Origin: Thermoanaerobaculia bacterium
Lineage (GTDB): Bacteria > Acidobacteriota > Thermoanaerobaculia > UBA5066
DNA length: 64,000 bases
Direction: 5' to 3'
NCBI GenBank assembly: GCA_963719225.1
Contig: CAVRAY010000002.1
Span: 32,001-96,000, forward strand
Both the position numbers and the translations under genes were made by a program. A model generated the notes under the pieces. It was not told where the DNA came from. It saw nothing but the letters and a program-made list of their open reading frames with translations, and did not search any database. Each line of letters opens with the position of its first letter. The first letter of the stretch is position 1. Below are positions 10,674-20,558 of the stretch, in pieces.

Positions 10674-11371
10674 AGTACACCGCGTCCCTCGAGGCCCAGC
10701 GCTACCCGTGGAAGGAGATCCCGGGATCCTCGCACGTGCTCCTCCTCGAGAAGGTCCTCGCGCGCGGGAAGGACCTCGCCGTTCTCGACCTCGGGTTCGG
10801 TGCGGGACTGCTCGCGAGGCGCATCCGTCCGGTCTGCCGGTATCTGGCCGGCGTCGAGCTCGACCCCGAGGCGGCGAAGGAGGGCGCTCCGTTTTTCGAC
10901 GATCCCGTGACGGGGGATCTCCTCGAGGGAATCTCGGGGCCGTGGAAAGAGCGGTTCGACGTGATCGTGGCGGGAGACGTGCTGGAGCATCTGCCGCGCC
11001 CCGGCGTGCTCCTGGATTCTCTGAAACCCCTCCTGAAGGCGGACGGAATCCTCCTGCTCTCTCTCCCGAACGTCGCGAACGTCACCGTGCGGCTCGGCCT
11101 TCTCTTCGGCCGCTTCCCCTACGGACCCCGCGGCATCCTCGACCGTACGCATCTGCGGTTCTTCACACGAGCCACGGGCCGCGCGCTCCTCGAGCAGAAC
11201 GGGTTTCACGTCCTTTCGGTCGACGCGACCGCGATGCCGATCGAGCTCGCCTTCCCCGCGCTCGCCCGGCCGCCTCTGGCGGGCCTCGTGCGCGTGGCCG
11301 CGCTCTTCGCGACACGCGTTCTCCCCACGCTTTTCGGATACCAGTTCGTCTACGAGGCGAGGCCGTCGTGA
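10670..11371 (+). CDS. Class I SAM-dependent methyltransferase; probable CTG start
   Basis: VLDLGFGAG, FDVIVAGDVLEH, SLPNVAN, GILDRTHLRFFT. No in-frame ATG/GTG/TTG between the nadE stop and codon 23; CTG at 10670 overlaps the nadE TGA. Confidence 0.85.
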   Translation: MKYTASLEAQRYPWKEIPGSSHVLLLEKVLARGKDLAVLDLGFGAGLLARRIRPVCRYLAGVELDPEAAKEGAPFFDDPVTGDLLEGISGPWKERFDVIVAGDVLEHLPRPGVLLDSLKPLLKADGILLLSLPNVANVTVRLGLLFGRFPYGPRGILDRTHLRFFTRATGRALLEQNGFHVLSVDATAMPIELAFPALARPPLAGLVRVAALFATRVLPTLFGYQFVYEARPS

Positions 11372-12177
11372 CGCCGACGCGCGAGATCCCCGCGCTCGGG
11401 ACCCAGCCCGCCCCCGCCCGGACGGAATCGACGCGCGGCATCGACCTGTCGATCGTCATCCCCGCATTCAACGAGGAGGAGCGGCTGCCTGCCTCTCTCG
11501 GGGCGGTTTCGGCCTATCTCGCCGCCAGGCCCTCGGCTCCCCGTGTCGAGGTGCTCGTCGTGGACGACGGCTCGTCCGATGCGACGGCCTCGCGCGCCGA
11601 GGACGCGGGCCGCCGCCACGGCCTCGACCTGCGCGTCCTGCGCCTGCCGAAGAACCGCGGCAAGGGCTTCGCGGTCCGCACCGGCTGCCTCGAGGCCGCG
11701 GGCCGCCTCATCCTCGTGTCGGACGCGGACTTTTCGACGCCCATCTACGAGTGGGAGAAGCTCGCGTCGGCCAAAGCGCCGGTCGCGATCGGCTCGCGCG
11801 CCGTGGACGAATCCCTCGTGAAGGAGCGCCAGTCGATCGGCCGGATCGCCATGGGCAAGCTCTTCAACAGGATCGTGCGTCTGCTGCTCGTGCCCGGCAT
11901 CCACGACACGCAGTGCGGCTTCAAGCTCTTTTCGCGCGACGCGGCCCGCGAGATCTTTTCGCGGGCGAAAGTGGATCGCTTCGCTTACGACGTCGAGGCG
12001 CTCGCCCTTTCCCGCGGCCTCGGTTACACGATTGCGGAGGTCCCCGTCCTCTGGTTCAACTCTCCGGACTCGCGCGTGACGCTTTTCGGCGGCGCACAGG
12101 CGTACATGGAGCTCTTTCGCATCCGGCTGCGGCTGCGCGCCGGCATTCCTCCGGGTGCGGAGAGCCAGGGGCAATAG
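11368..12177 (+). CDS. GT2 glycosyltransferase (dolichyl-phosphate beta-glucosyltransferase-like)
   Basis: SIVIPAFNEE, VDDGSSD, NRGKG.AVR.G, DAD, HDTQCGFKLF, FAYDVE. Confidence 0.9.
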   Translation: MTPTREIPALGTQPAPARTESTRGIDLSIVIPAFNEEERLPASLGAVSAYLAARPSAPRVEVLVVDDGSSDATASRAEDAGRRHGLDLRVLRLPKNRGKGFAVRTGCLEAAGRLILVSDADFSTPIYEWEKLASAKAPVAIGSRAVDESLVKERQSIGRIAMGKLFNRIVRLLLVPGIHDTQCGFKLFSRDAAREIFSRAKVDRFAYDVEALALSRGLGYTIAEVPVLWFNSPDSRVTLFGGAQAYMELFRIRLRLRAGIPPGAESQGQ

Positions 12178-12203
12178 ACCATGGTCAATGACCATGGTAC
12201 GAT
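12175..12203 (+). promoter_or_regulatory. Leaderless promoter with tandem palindromic operator for phd-vapC
   Basis: TAGACC-N17-TACGAT, 6 nt before the ATG; GACCATGGTC (12177-12186) and GACCATGGTA (12190-12199) overlap it. Confidence 0.7.
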
Positions 12204-12209
12204 TCGGCC

Positions 12210-12461
12210 ATGTCCACTGAGCCCACCCTCGCCATCTCAAAATTCAAGGCCACCTGCCTCGCCGTTCTCGAGGACGTGCGGCGCACGGGCCGACCCGTCA
12301 CCGTGACGCGCTTCGGCAAGCCCGTGGCGCGCGTGGTGCCGCCGACGTCGACTCGTCCGAAGAAGCGCGTCCTCGGCGCCTACGCGGGCCAGGCCGAGAT
12401 CCTCGGCGACATCATCGGACCTGTTCTGCCTCCGGAGGCGTGGGAAGTTCTTCGAAAGTGA
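12210..12461 (+). CDS. Phd/YefM family antitoxin
   Basis: ISKFKATCL.VLEDV..TG.PVTVTRFGKPVARVVP. Confidence 0.9.
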   Translation: MSTEPTLAISKFKATCLAVLEDVRRTGRPVTVTRFGKPVARVVPPTSTRPKKRVLGAYAGQAEILGDIIGPVLPPEAWEVLRK

Positions 12462-12853
12462 AGCTCCTCCTCGACACGCACATCTGGATCTGGACGCTTC
12501 TCTTTCCGAAGAAGGTGGGTGCGCGCATCGCACGTGAGCTCGTCTCGATGAGAAACGAGATCTGGCTTTCTCCCATTTCGATTTGGGAGGCGCTGCTTCT
12601 AGCCGCGAGCGGCCGCGTGAGATTCCGGCAAGATGCCTCCCGATTCCTCGAGACTGCCCTCGCCGAACAGAAGTATCACGAGGCCCCGCTGACGCACGAT
12701 GTCGCATTCGAGAGCCGCCGGCTGTCCCTTTCGACAGAAGACCCTGCCGACCGTTTCCTCGCTGCGACAGCACGGGTTTACGACCTCACCCTTGTCACCG
12801 CTGACGAGCGGCTGCTTGCTCTCCGCGAGATCAGAGTCCTGCCCAACCGATAG
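12458..12853 (+). CDS. PIN-domain (VapC) toxin
   Basis: LLLDTHIWIW, SPISIWE, DPADRFL.ATA, LVTAD; GTGA overlap with the antitoxin. Confidence 0.92.
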   Translation: MKLLLDTHIWIWTLLFPKKVGARIARELVSMRNEIWLSPISIWEALLLAASGRVRFRQDASRFLETALAEQKYHEAPLTHDVAFESRRLSLSTEDPADRFLAATARVYDLTLVTADERLLALREIRVLPNR

Positions 12854-12858
12854 AGCGG

Positions 12859-14139
12859 CTAGTAGAGCGGGAACGCCGCCGTCAGCTCCTTGACCTTGCC
12901 CTTGACGCGCGCCCGGATGCCGGCGTCCTCCGGTGCGTCGAGGACTTCGCCGATCCAGCCGGCGATCGTCTTCATCTCGGCCGCGCCCATGCCGCGCGTC
13001 GTGACGGCCGGGGTTCCGATGCGCAGGCCCGACGTGACGAGAGGCGGATTCGGGTCGAAGGGAATGGTGTTCTTGTTCACGGTGATCCCGGCGGCGTCGA
13101 GAGCCTTCTCGCAGACCTTACCCGTGAGCCCCTTCTTGCCGACGTCGACGAGAAAGAGGTGGTTGTCGGTCCCGCCCGAGACGATCCGGAAGCCCTTCGC
13201 GGCCACGGCTTCCGAGAGAACGCGCGTGTTCTCGAGGACCTGCTTCTGGTACCTCGCGAAGTCCGGCTCCATCGCTTCCTTCAGCGCGACCGCCTTGGCC
13301 GCGATGACGTGCTCGAGCGGGCCTCCCTGCTGGCCCGGAAAAACGGCCCTGTCGACCTCCTTCGCCCACTCGGGCACGCAGAGGATGAGGCCCGCGCGCG
13401 GCCCGCGCAGAGTCTTGTGCGTCGTCGTCGTCACGAAGTGCGCGTGGCCGACGGGCGAAGGGTGCAGGCCCGTCGCCACGAGGCCCGCGATGTGCGCCAT
13501 GTCGACCATGAGGAGCGCGCCGACGGCATCGGCGATCTCGCGGAATTTCGGGAAGTCGAGCGTGCGCGGGTACGCCGAGGCGCCCGCCACGATGAGCTTC
13601 GGCTTCTCGCGCTCGGCGATGTCGCGAAGCTCGTCGAAGTCGATGACCTCCGTGTCCTTCCTGACGCCGTAGGCCACGACGCGGTAGAGCTTTCCGGAGA
13701 CGTTGAGGGGGTGTCCGTGCGTGAGATGGCCGCCGTGGGCGAGCGACATGCCGAGGAGCGTGTCGCCGGGTTTCAGGCAGGCCATGTAAACGGCCGTGTT
13801 CGCCTGGGCGCCGGCGTGCGGCTGGGCGTTCACGTGGACCGCGTCGGGATTGCCCGGAGAGAAAAGCGCCTTGGCGCGCGAGATGACGAGGGACTCGGAC
13901 TGGTCCACGAACTCGCAGCCGCCGTAATAGCGCCTTCCCGGATAGCCCTCGGCGTACTTGTTCGTGAGGACCGAGCCGACGGCCTCGAGGACGGCGCGCG
14001 ACGTGAAGTTCTCGGAGGCGATGAGCTCGATCCCTTCGCGCTGCCGATTGAGCTCCGCGGCGATGATGCCGGCGATCTCGGGATCGGTTTCGGCGAGAGA
14101 CCGGTTGATGAGCGTGGCGCGGCTGGCGGTCGTCGACAT
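12859..14139 (-). CDS. glyA: Serine hydroxymethyltransferase
   Basis: [41 protein letters not shown]; ATG at 14139 with GGAGG SD. Confidence 0.97.
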   Translation of the reverse strand: MSTTASRATLINRSLAETDPEIAGIIAAELNRQREGIELIASENFTSRAVLEAVGSVLTNKYAEGYPGRRYYGGCEFVDQSESLVISRAKALFSPGNPDAVHVNAQPHAGAQANTAVYMACLKPGDTLLGMSLAHGGHLTHGHPLNVSGKLYRVVAYGVRKDTEVIDFDELRDIAEREKPKLIVAGASAYPRTLDFPKFREIADAVGALLMVDMAHIAGLVATGLHPSPVGHAHFVTTTTHKTLRGPRAGLILCVPEWAKEVDRAVFPGQQGGPLEHVIAAKAVALKEAMEPDFARYQKQVLENTRVLSEAVAAKGFRIVSGGTDNHLFLVDVGKKGLTGKVCEKALDAAGITVNKNTIPFDPNPPLVTSGLRIGTPAVTTRGMGAAEMKTIAGWIGEVLDAPEDAGIRARVKGKVKELTAAFPLY

Positions 14140-14186
14140 GGCTCCTCCAGAGCTCTGGATCGTATCGCGGCGGCGGGCCTCGCGCG

Positions 14187-15551
14187 TCAGGGACCTTCCG
14201 GTGCGTGACGCGGATAGGCCGACACCATCGAGTCGTACTCGGCGAGTGCGTAGCTGTCCGTCATCCCGGCCAGGTGGTCCGCGATCGCGCGCAGGAAGAG
14301 AGGCTTCTTCGTGTAGTTCGAGGCGATCTCCGCGTCGAGGCGCTTGAGCGGGATGTCGCGCAGGTACGGGACGCCCGCGAGGTCGCGGTAGCGCAGGAGC
14401 ACGTAGTCGGGCAGGAGGCGCGGGTTCTTGTACCAGGCCGAGAACAACGTCGTGACGACGAGCTGTGCCCGCCCGTCGTGCCGCGCGACGCGGTAGCTGT
14501 GGATGACGTTCTGGTAGATGAACTCCTTGAGCTCCTGGTAGAAGCGGTCGCCCGTTTTCGAAGGGGCGACGAGCGAAGCCGGAAGCTTGCGCCGCTGAGC
14601 GTAGAACTCGTCGGACGTCGCGATTTTCCTCGCCTCGAGCCACTTTCCGATCGAGGCGCGCGAGGCCGTGATGAGGTCCGTGACGAGGAGGTGGATCATG
14701 CCGCGGATGAGCATCGCCTGCCGCACCGTGTTGTCCTTCGTCGCCGTGTAGGCGGGGCCGAGCGCCTCCACGACCGCGCGCGACACGGAGAGCGCGAGCA
14801 CCTTGTCGAAGTCCACGAGCTTGAGGCCGTCCTCGAGGTCGTGCGCCTGCTGCGCGAACTCGTCGGCCCATCCCACGGCCTGGCACTCGAGGTGCCCGCC
14901 GGACGAGAGGTTCAGCCCCTCGGCATCGACGTCGGGAAACGGGAAGTCGCGGCGCCACGTCGTGTGCTTGAGGATGCCCTCGCGCGTGTCGTTCGTGAGG
15001 TTGAGGCCCGGGTGCTCGTAGCGCTTCTCGAGCACGTCGACGACGCGCACGGACTGGTAGTTGTGCTTGAACGCTCCCACGTGAGCGGCGACCTTCGGGT
15101 CGATCGGGATCGAAGGCTCGCCCCCGGTGAGGATGCGGTTCAGCACCTTTTCGCCCGAATGCCCGAACGGCGTGTGGCCGAGGTCGTGGCCGAGCGCGCA
15201 CGCCTCGGCGAGGTCTTCGTTCAGCGCGAGCGCCCGGGCCATCGTGCGCGCGATCTGGGTGACCTCGAGCGTGTGCGTGAGTCGCGTGCGGTAGTGATCG
15301 CCCTCGAACGGGATGAATACCTGCGTCTTGTGCTTGAGCCTTCGAAAGGAGCGCGAGTGGATGATGCGATCGCGGTCGCGCTGGTACTCCGTCCGGTAGT
15401 CGTACGCCTTCCCCTCCTCGGCGACCGGATACCGCCGCACGGCGCGCGAGGCACGCGAGGCGTAGATCGCGAGCCGCGCGTCTTCCTGGGCCTCGAGGTC
15501 CCTCTTCGTGAGCGTGGGAACGAGAGCCGCGACGGGAGGAGGAGCGGTCAC
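14187..15551 (-). CDS. dgt: dGTP triphosphohydrolase-like HD protein
   Basis: [54 protein letters not shown]; GTG at 15551 overlaps the folC stop. Confidence 0.92.
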   Translation of the reverse strand: MTAPPPVAALVPTLTKRDLEAQEDARLAIYASRASRAVRRYPVAEEGKAYDYRTEYQRDRDRIIHSRSFRRLKHKTQVFIPFEGDHYRTRLTHTLEVTQIARTMARALALNEDLAEACALGHDLGHTPFGHSGEKVLNRILTGGEPSIPIDPKVAAHVGAFKHNYQSVRVVDVLEKRYEHPGLNLTNDTREGILKHTTWRRDFPFPDVDAEGLNLSSGGHLECQAVGWADEFAQQAHDLEDGLKLVDFDKVLALSVSRAVVEALGPAYTATKDNTVRQAMLIRGMIHLLVTDLITASRASIGKWLEARKIATSDEFYAQRRKLPASLVAPSKTGDRFYQELKEFIYQNVIHSYRVARHDGRAQLVVTTLFSAWYKNPRLLPDYVLLRYRDLAGVPYLRDIPLKRLDAEIASNYTKKPLFLRAIADHLAGMTDSYALAEYDSMVSAYPRHAPEGP

Positions 15552-16774
15552 GTTCTCGATCTTAGCCGCAGCACTTCGCCGACGAGATAGAGCGAACCCG
15601 CCACGAGAACCGGGCCGTCCCCGATCGTCTCCTCGAGCCGCAGGAGGCCTTCGGCCACGGATGAGGCGGTCTCGAGATCCGGACGCCCCAGACGCGCGCG
15701 CAGCGCCTCGGGCTTCTCGGCCCGTGGCGACTCGGGTGCTACGAGGACGATCCGCCGCGCGCGCGCGGCGAGCGGCGCGAAAACTCCGGGAAGATCCTTG
15801 TCCGCAAGGCCGCCGAAGAGAAGATCGATCCGGCCCGCCAGGCCCGTCGCGTCGAGATGTTCCGCGAGAGCGGAAGCTCCCGGCGGGTTGTGCGCGCCGT
15901 CGAGAAGGAGCGGCCTCGCTCCAGGGCATTCGAGCTTCTGCAGGCGCCCGGGCCACCGAACGGCGGCGAGGCCGCGCGCGACCGTCGCCTCGTCGAGCGG
16001 AACGATGGCGCGTGCGGCGGCGAGCGCGAGGGCGAGGTTCTGTCTCTGGTGCGCTCCGGGCAGCGAGAAGGGTACGTCCTCGGCCGGCGGGATCTCCAGG
16101 AGGCGTGCCCCGATCCGCCGCGCCTCGGCGTGAAGCGCCGCGCGCGGACCGCCGGCGGTGCCCGAAGCCCCGACGAGGACCGGCTGGCCCTTCCGGAAGA
16201 TCCCCGCCTTCTCGCGCGCGACGTCCTCGAGCGCGGGGCCGAGCACGTCGAGGTGGTCCGCCGCGACGTTCGTCACGATCGAGATCTCGGGGGAAAGGAC
16301 GTTCGTCGCATCGAGGCGTCCCCCGATCCCGACTTCCACGATCGCGACCGCGACACGTGCGCGCCGAAACAGCTCGAAGGCCGCGACCGTGAGGGCCTCG
16401 AAGTACGACGGTCCGCGGAGGCCGGGCGCCCCGACGGGGGAAACGAGCAGGAGGACTTCATCGAGCGCAGCGGTCGAGACGTCGCGGTCCCGGAGCCGCA
16501 CACGCTCCGTCACGGAGATGAGGTGCGGCGAGGTGTAGAGCCCGCAAGGGACGCCCGCGGCGGTGAGGATCGCGGAGATCGTCGCGGCGGTCGACCCCTT
16601 GCCGTTCGTCCCTCCGATGAGGATCGAAGAAAAGGAGGATTGGGGGTTTCCTAGAGAGGCCAGGAGGGCACGTGTCCGGCTCAGGCCCGGGCGAATTTTC
16701 TGCGGGCCCAAGGCCTCCAGCCACGCCAGACCGGAAACAGCGTCGAGCGCGCTCAAGCCACGTCCGCTATTCAC
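15548..16774 (-). CDS. folC: Folylpolyglutamate synthase/dihydrofolate synthase
   Basis: [43 protein letters not shown]. Confidence 0.95.
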   Translation of the reverse strand: MNSGRGLSALDAVSGLAWLEALGPQKIRPGLSRTRALLASLGNPQSSFSSILIGGTNGKGSTAATISAILTAAGVPCGLYTSPHLISVTERVRLRDRDVSTAALDEVLLLVSPVGAPGLRGPSYFEALTVAAFELFRRARVAVAIVEVGIGGRLDATNVLSPEISIVTNVAADHLDVLGPALEDVAREKAGIFRKGQPVLVGASGTAGGPRAALHAEARRIGARLLEIPPAEDVPFSLPGAHQRQNLALALAAARAIVPLDEATVARGLAAVRWPGRLQKLECPGARPLLLDGAHNPPGASALAEHLDATGLAGRIDLLFGGLADKDLPGVFAPLAARARRIVLVAPESPRAEKPEALRARLGRPDLETASSVAEGLLRLEETIGDGPVLVAGSLYLVGEVLRLRSRT

Positions 16775-16816
16775 CCTCTAGGAAAATCCGAAAACTGCGT
16801 TTCCCGGGCCGGACCA

Positions 16817-17665
16817 TCAACCGGTCTGGAGCAGCCGCAGCACGCGCGCGACCGTCGCGCGCATGTCGGCGCGCTGCACGACGATGTCCACGAAGCCGTG
16901 GTCCTGCAGGAACTCGGCCCGCTGGAAACCTTCCGGAAGCGTCTGGCGGATCGTCTGCTCGATGACGCGGGGACCCGCGAAGCCGATGAGCGACTTCGGC
17001 TCGGCGAGCGTGACGTCCCCGAGCATCGCAAAGGAGGCTGTGACGCCGCCCGTCGTCGGGTCCGTGAGGACCGCGACGTACGGCACGCGCGCGGCGCCGA
17101 GGCGCGCGAGCGCCGCCGAAACCTTTCCCATCTGCATCAGCGAGAGGATCCCCTCCTGCATGCGCGCTCCGCCCGACGCCGTCACGATCACGAGCGCGAC
17201 GCGCTCCGTGAGCGCCTGCTCGACCGCGCGCGTCAGGACCTCTCCCACGGCCGAGCCCATCGAGCCGCCCATGAAGGCATAATCGAGGATCGCGACGATC
17301 GCCGGAACGTCCTCGATCATGCCCTTTTCCGTGAGGATCGCGTCCGGCCGCCCCGTTTTCGCCTCGGACTCCTTCAGGCGGTCGCGATAGCGCTTGCTGT
17401 CCTTGAACTTGAGCGGATCGGTCGGCCGGACGTCGCCGAAGAGGGCCTGTCCGCCCGTGTCCCCCAGGAGGAGCCGCATGCGCTCGGCCGCCGGCATCCG
17501 GAAATGAAATCCGCACTTCGGGCACACGCGGAGGTTTCGCTCCACCTCCTTCACGTAGAGCGCCTCGCGGCACCCGTCGCATTTCAGGAACAGGCCCTCT
17601 CCCAGCGAAGAGCTCGTCTTCGGGTCGCGTGGAGCGCGCGGAATTTTGTCCTTTCGGAACCACAT
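16817..17665 (-). CDS. accD: Acetyl-CoA carboxylase carboxyltransferase beta subunit
   Basis: C4 zinc finger, FMGGSMGSAVGE, SGGARMQEG, PTTGGVTASFA, FAGPRVIEQT. Confidence 0.97.
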   Translation of the reverse strand: MWFRKDKIPRAPRDPKTSSSLGEGLFLKCDGCREALYVKEVERNLRVCPKCGFHFRMPAAERMRLLLGDTGGQALFGDVRPTDPLKFKDSKRYRDRLKESEAKTGRPDAILTEKGMIEDVPAIVAILDYAFMGGSMGSAVGEVLTRAVEQALTERVALVIVTASGGARMQEGILSLMQMGKVSAALARLGAARVPYVAVLTDPTTGGVTASFAMLGDVTLAEPKSLIGFAGPRVIEQTIRQTLPEGFQRAEFLQDHGFVDIVVQRADMRATVARVLRLLQTG

Positions 17666-17683
17666 GGCCAGGAATCGGGGATC

Positions 17684-18469
17684 TTAGCGCGCCCGCGCGG
17701 GGCCGAGAGAAACGATCGGCCGTCCGCCCGCGCCGGGAGTGATGCACGCCTCGACTCCGAAGAGAGCCGACAGCAGCGGCTCGGTGAGCGTTTCGACGAG
17801 CGGGCCGGCCGCGAGGACGCGCCCTGAAGAAAGGAGCAGCGCGTCGTCGGCGCCCGACGAGGCGACGTCGAGCTCGTGCGTGGAGAAGAGGACCGTGCCC
17901 CCGCGTTCCGCATGGCGCCGCATCGCATCGATCACGAGGAATCGGTGGCGCGGATCGAGGTTCGCGGACGGCTCGTCGAGGAGCAGGACCTCGGGCTCGC
18001 CCGCCAGGACGCGCGCGAGAAGGACGCGCTGGCGCTCGCCGCCGCTCATCGCGCCCAGATCGGTCTCGGCGAGCGCGAGGGCGTCCATCGCGGCGAGCGA
18101 GGCCTCGACCGCCGTGTGGTCCCGTGCCGAAGGCGCGCCGAACGACGTCCGCCAGGGCGTTCGGCCCAGGAGGACGAGATCGCGCGCGCGAATCGGGAAA
18201 AGGGGCTCGTATCCCTGCGGAAGGTAGCCGAGCGCGCGCGCCGCCTCGCGGCGCGAAACGTCCGGGAGAGGGCGCCCGCCGAGACGGACGATTCCGCGCC
18301 GCGCGGGCAGGATCCCCGAGAGCGCCTTCAGGAGCGTCGACTTGCCCGCGCCGTTTTCGCCGAGGAGGGCCGTGACCCTTCCGGCCTCGAACGCCCACGT
18401 CACGTCCGCGAGGATGTCGAGGTTTCCGTATCCCGCGGCCAGCGCTTCCACGGCGAGCGGCGCACTCAC
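17684..18469 (-). CDS. Cobalamin/Fe-siderophore ABC transporter ATPase (BtuD/FecE-like)
   Basis: GENGAGKST, MSGGERQRV, LLLDEP, STHEL. Confidence 0.9.
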   Translation of the reverse strand: MSAPLAVEALAAGYGNLDILADVTWAFEAGRVTALLGENGAGKSTLLKALSGILPARRGIVRLGGRPLPDVSRREAARALGYLPQGYEPLFPIRARDLVLLGRTPWRTSFGAPSARDHTAVEASLAAMDALALAETDLGAMSGGERQRVLLARVLAGEPEVLLLDEPSANLDPRHRFLVIDAMRRHAERGGTVLFSTHELDVASSGADDALLLSSGRVLAAGPLVETLTEPLLSALFGVEACITPGAGGRPIVSLGPARAR

Positions 18470-19479
18470 GGCCGCGCCCTCAGGAGGAGGAGAAATGCCG
18501 GAGCCCCCAGAAGGGCCGTGATGGCGCCCACGGAGATTTCCGCAGGAGCGAAGAGCGACCGCGCGGCGACGTCCGAAAGGACCAGGAGGAGCGCGCCCCC
18601 CAGGAAGGAGAGGAGAAGCAGCCCGCGGTGCGAGCGTGTGACGCGGCGCACCGCGTGCGGAACGAGAAGGCCTACGAACCCGATGATTCCCGCGTAGGCC
18701 ACGGCCGCCGCGGCGAGAAGCGATGCGGCCAGATACGCCGTCCGCTTGGCCGTCTCGACGCGAATTCCGAGAGTCGCGGCGGTCTCCTCGCCCAGGGTGA
18801 GAGCGTCGAAAGCGCGGGCGAGCGGCAGGAGAAGCGCGAGGCCGACGGCCGCGTAGACCGACAGCGCGAGGACCGCGCCCGGAGAGGCCCCCGCGAGCGA
18901 GCCGAGCATCCAGAAGACGAACGTCCGCGAGCGCGACGCGTCGCCGAAGGAGAGCAGGAACAGCAGGACTGCCGAGGCGAGCGCGTTCACGACGACGCCC
19001 GAAAGCAGGAGGCGCCCGCGATCCAGCCGGCCTCCCGAGGAGGCGCCGAGCCCCACGACGAGAACCGCCGCGAGGGCGCCGAGGAACGCGGCGAGCGGCA
19101 ACGCGAGGGAGCCGAGGACGCCGGAGTGCGCTCCCGCCGAGACGCCGAGACCGAGAAGGGATCCCACGAGCGTTCCGCAGGCGGCGCCGCCGGAGACGCC
19201 GAGGAGGTAAGGGTCCGCGAGCGGGTTTCCGAGGAGAGCCTGCAGGGCTGCGCCGGAAAGCGCGAGAGAGCCGCCCACGAGCACGGCGAGAAGCGCCCGC
19301 GGAAGCCGGAGGTCGCGCACGATGGAGATCGTCTGCGCGTCGCCTTCTCCGAGAAGCGCGTGGAGCACGGCGCCGGGCTCGAGCGGGACGCTTCCGAAAA
19401 GGAGGGACGCGCCCAGCGCTGCGGCGAGCACGCCGAGGAGAGCGATCCCCCAGACGAGCGCCGGACGGCGGGACGTCAC
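18466..19479 (-). CDS. FecCD/BtuC family ABC permease
   Basis: LRLPRALLA, NPLADPYLLGVSGGA, LGEETAATLG, IIGFVGLLVPH; GTG start at 19479. Confidence 0.92.
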   Translation of the reverse strand: MTSRRPALVWGIALLGVLAAALGASLLFGSVPLEPGAVLHALLGEGDAQTISIVRDLRLPRALLAVLVGGSLALSGAALQALLGNPLADPYLLGVSGGAACGTLVGSLLGLGVSAGAHSGVLGSLALPLAAFLGALAAVLVVGLGASSGGRLDRGRLLLSGVVVNALASAVLLFLLSFGDASRSRTFVFWMLGSLAGASPGAVLALSVYAAVGLALLLPLARAFDALTLGEETAATLGIRVETAKRTAYLAASLLAAAAVAYAGIIGFVGLLVPHAVRRVTRSHRGLLLLSFLGGALLLVLSDVAARSLFAPAEISVGAITALLGAPAFLLLLRARP

Positions 19480-20309
19480 GGCACGTGGACCGCCGCGAGG
19501 CGCTCGAGCGCCTCGACGAGACGCGGGCCCGGCCGCTCCAGAAGGCTGCCGGGCAAAACCACGATACGGCCGGTGCTCACGGCCTTGACGAGTCGCCAGC
19601 GCCCATCCGAGAACGCGCGCGCGAACGCCTGCGCATTCTCGGGAGTCTCGGGGCGAATGACGAAGTCCGGATTCCACGCCGCGAGCGTCTCGAAGGAGAC
19701 GCGCGGCCATTCGCCGGCGGATTCCGGCACGACGTTCGTGAACCCCGCCCGCCGGACGACGTCGCCGACGAACGTGCCCGCGCCGGCCGCCACGGGCGGA
19801 TCGGGCCAGATGAGGACGAGCGCCCGCGCGCGCGGATGGGCGCGGCCGAGAGCCTCCGCGGCGGCGATGCGTCTCGTGAGGGACTGAACGAGAGCGGAGG
19901 CGCGCTCGTCCTCACCGAGCGCGTGCCCGACGCGGCTCAAGTCTTCGAGAACGCCGCCGAGCGTCGTTCCGCTCGTCACGACGACGGTCAGCCCCAGCGC
20001 TTCGAGCTTCTCGTACGCCGCGCGGTCGGTGCCGTCTCTCGAGACGACGACGAGGTCCGGAGCCAGAGCGACGACGCGCTCGAGATCCGGCGTGAATCCT
20101 CCGACGCGCGCTTTTCCTCTCGCCTCGGGAAGATCGTCCGCGAAATCGGGAACGCCCACGACGCGCGGCGCGGCCCCGAGCGCAAAGAGAATCTCGGCCG
20201 CGGAAGGCGCCAGCGCGACGACGCGAAGGGGATGGGCCGGGGGACGGGTCGGGACCGGAGAAGCGAGAAGCGCGAGCCCGAGAGGGAGAAGACCGAAGAC
20301 GCGGCTCAG
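19476..20309 (-). CDS. BtuF-like periplasmic substrate-binding protein; probable CTG start
   Basis: RVVALAPSAAEILFALG, PDLERVVALAPDLV, VSFE.L..NPD, RPGPRL. Signal peptide begins at CTG 20309; the alternative ATG at 20357 lies inside the upstream gene. Confidence 0.85.
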   Translation of the reverse strand: MSRVFGLLPLGLALLASPVPTRPPAHPLRVVALAPSAAEILFALGAAPRVVGVPDFADDLPEARGKARVGGFTPDLERVVALAPDLVVVSRDGTDRAAYEKLEALGLTVVVTSGTTLGGVLEDLSRVGHALGEDERASALVQSLTRRIAAAEALGRAHPRARALVLIWPDPPVAAGAGTFVGDVVRRAGFTNVVPESAGEWPRVSFETLAAWNPDFVIRPETPENAQAFARAFSDGRWRLVKAVSTGRIVVLPGSLLERPGPRLVEALERLAAVHVP

Positions 20310-20527
20310 GGTTCCTCGGCTTCCTCGAGGTCGTTCGTGATTCCGAGCCTGAGGCATGCCGCGCCGTACATCTGGCGCGCGGCCTTTTGCGCGTTCTGGA
20401 GGTCCGCGAGCCGTTCCTTGACCTTCGCGAGCTCGGCCTGGATCTCCGACTCGAGCTGGTCGATCTCGACCTTCGTCACCTTGAGCGTGTTCTCGTAGAA
20501 CTTTCTCTGTTCGTCGGAAAGGCTCAT
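20306..20527 (-). CDS. Small coiled-coil hypothetical protein (73 aa)
   Basis: GAGGAG SD, native codon usage, heptad-like EIDQLESEIQAELAKVKERLADLQ. Confidence 0.75.
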   Translation of the reverse strand: MSLSDEQRKFYENTLKVTKVEIDQLESEIQAELAKVKERLADLQNAQKAARQMYGAACLRLGITNDLEEAEEP

Positions 20528-20558
20528 GCGTTCTCCTCGAAAATCCCTTTCGACGGGA

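Noticed and set aside
12859-15201. Apparent N-terminal extensions on glyA, gatB, dgt, the TPR gene and the PuuD fusion
   Set aside because: They overlap upstream genes in other frames; true starts are marked by an SD, a -10 box or a GTGA overlap.
14187-15551. dGTPase as an anti-phage defence gene
   Set aside because: Embedded in the accD-folC-dgt-glyA housekeeping run with native codon usage and no defence-island context.
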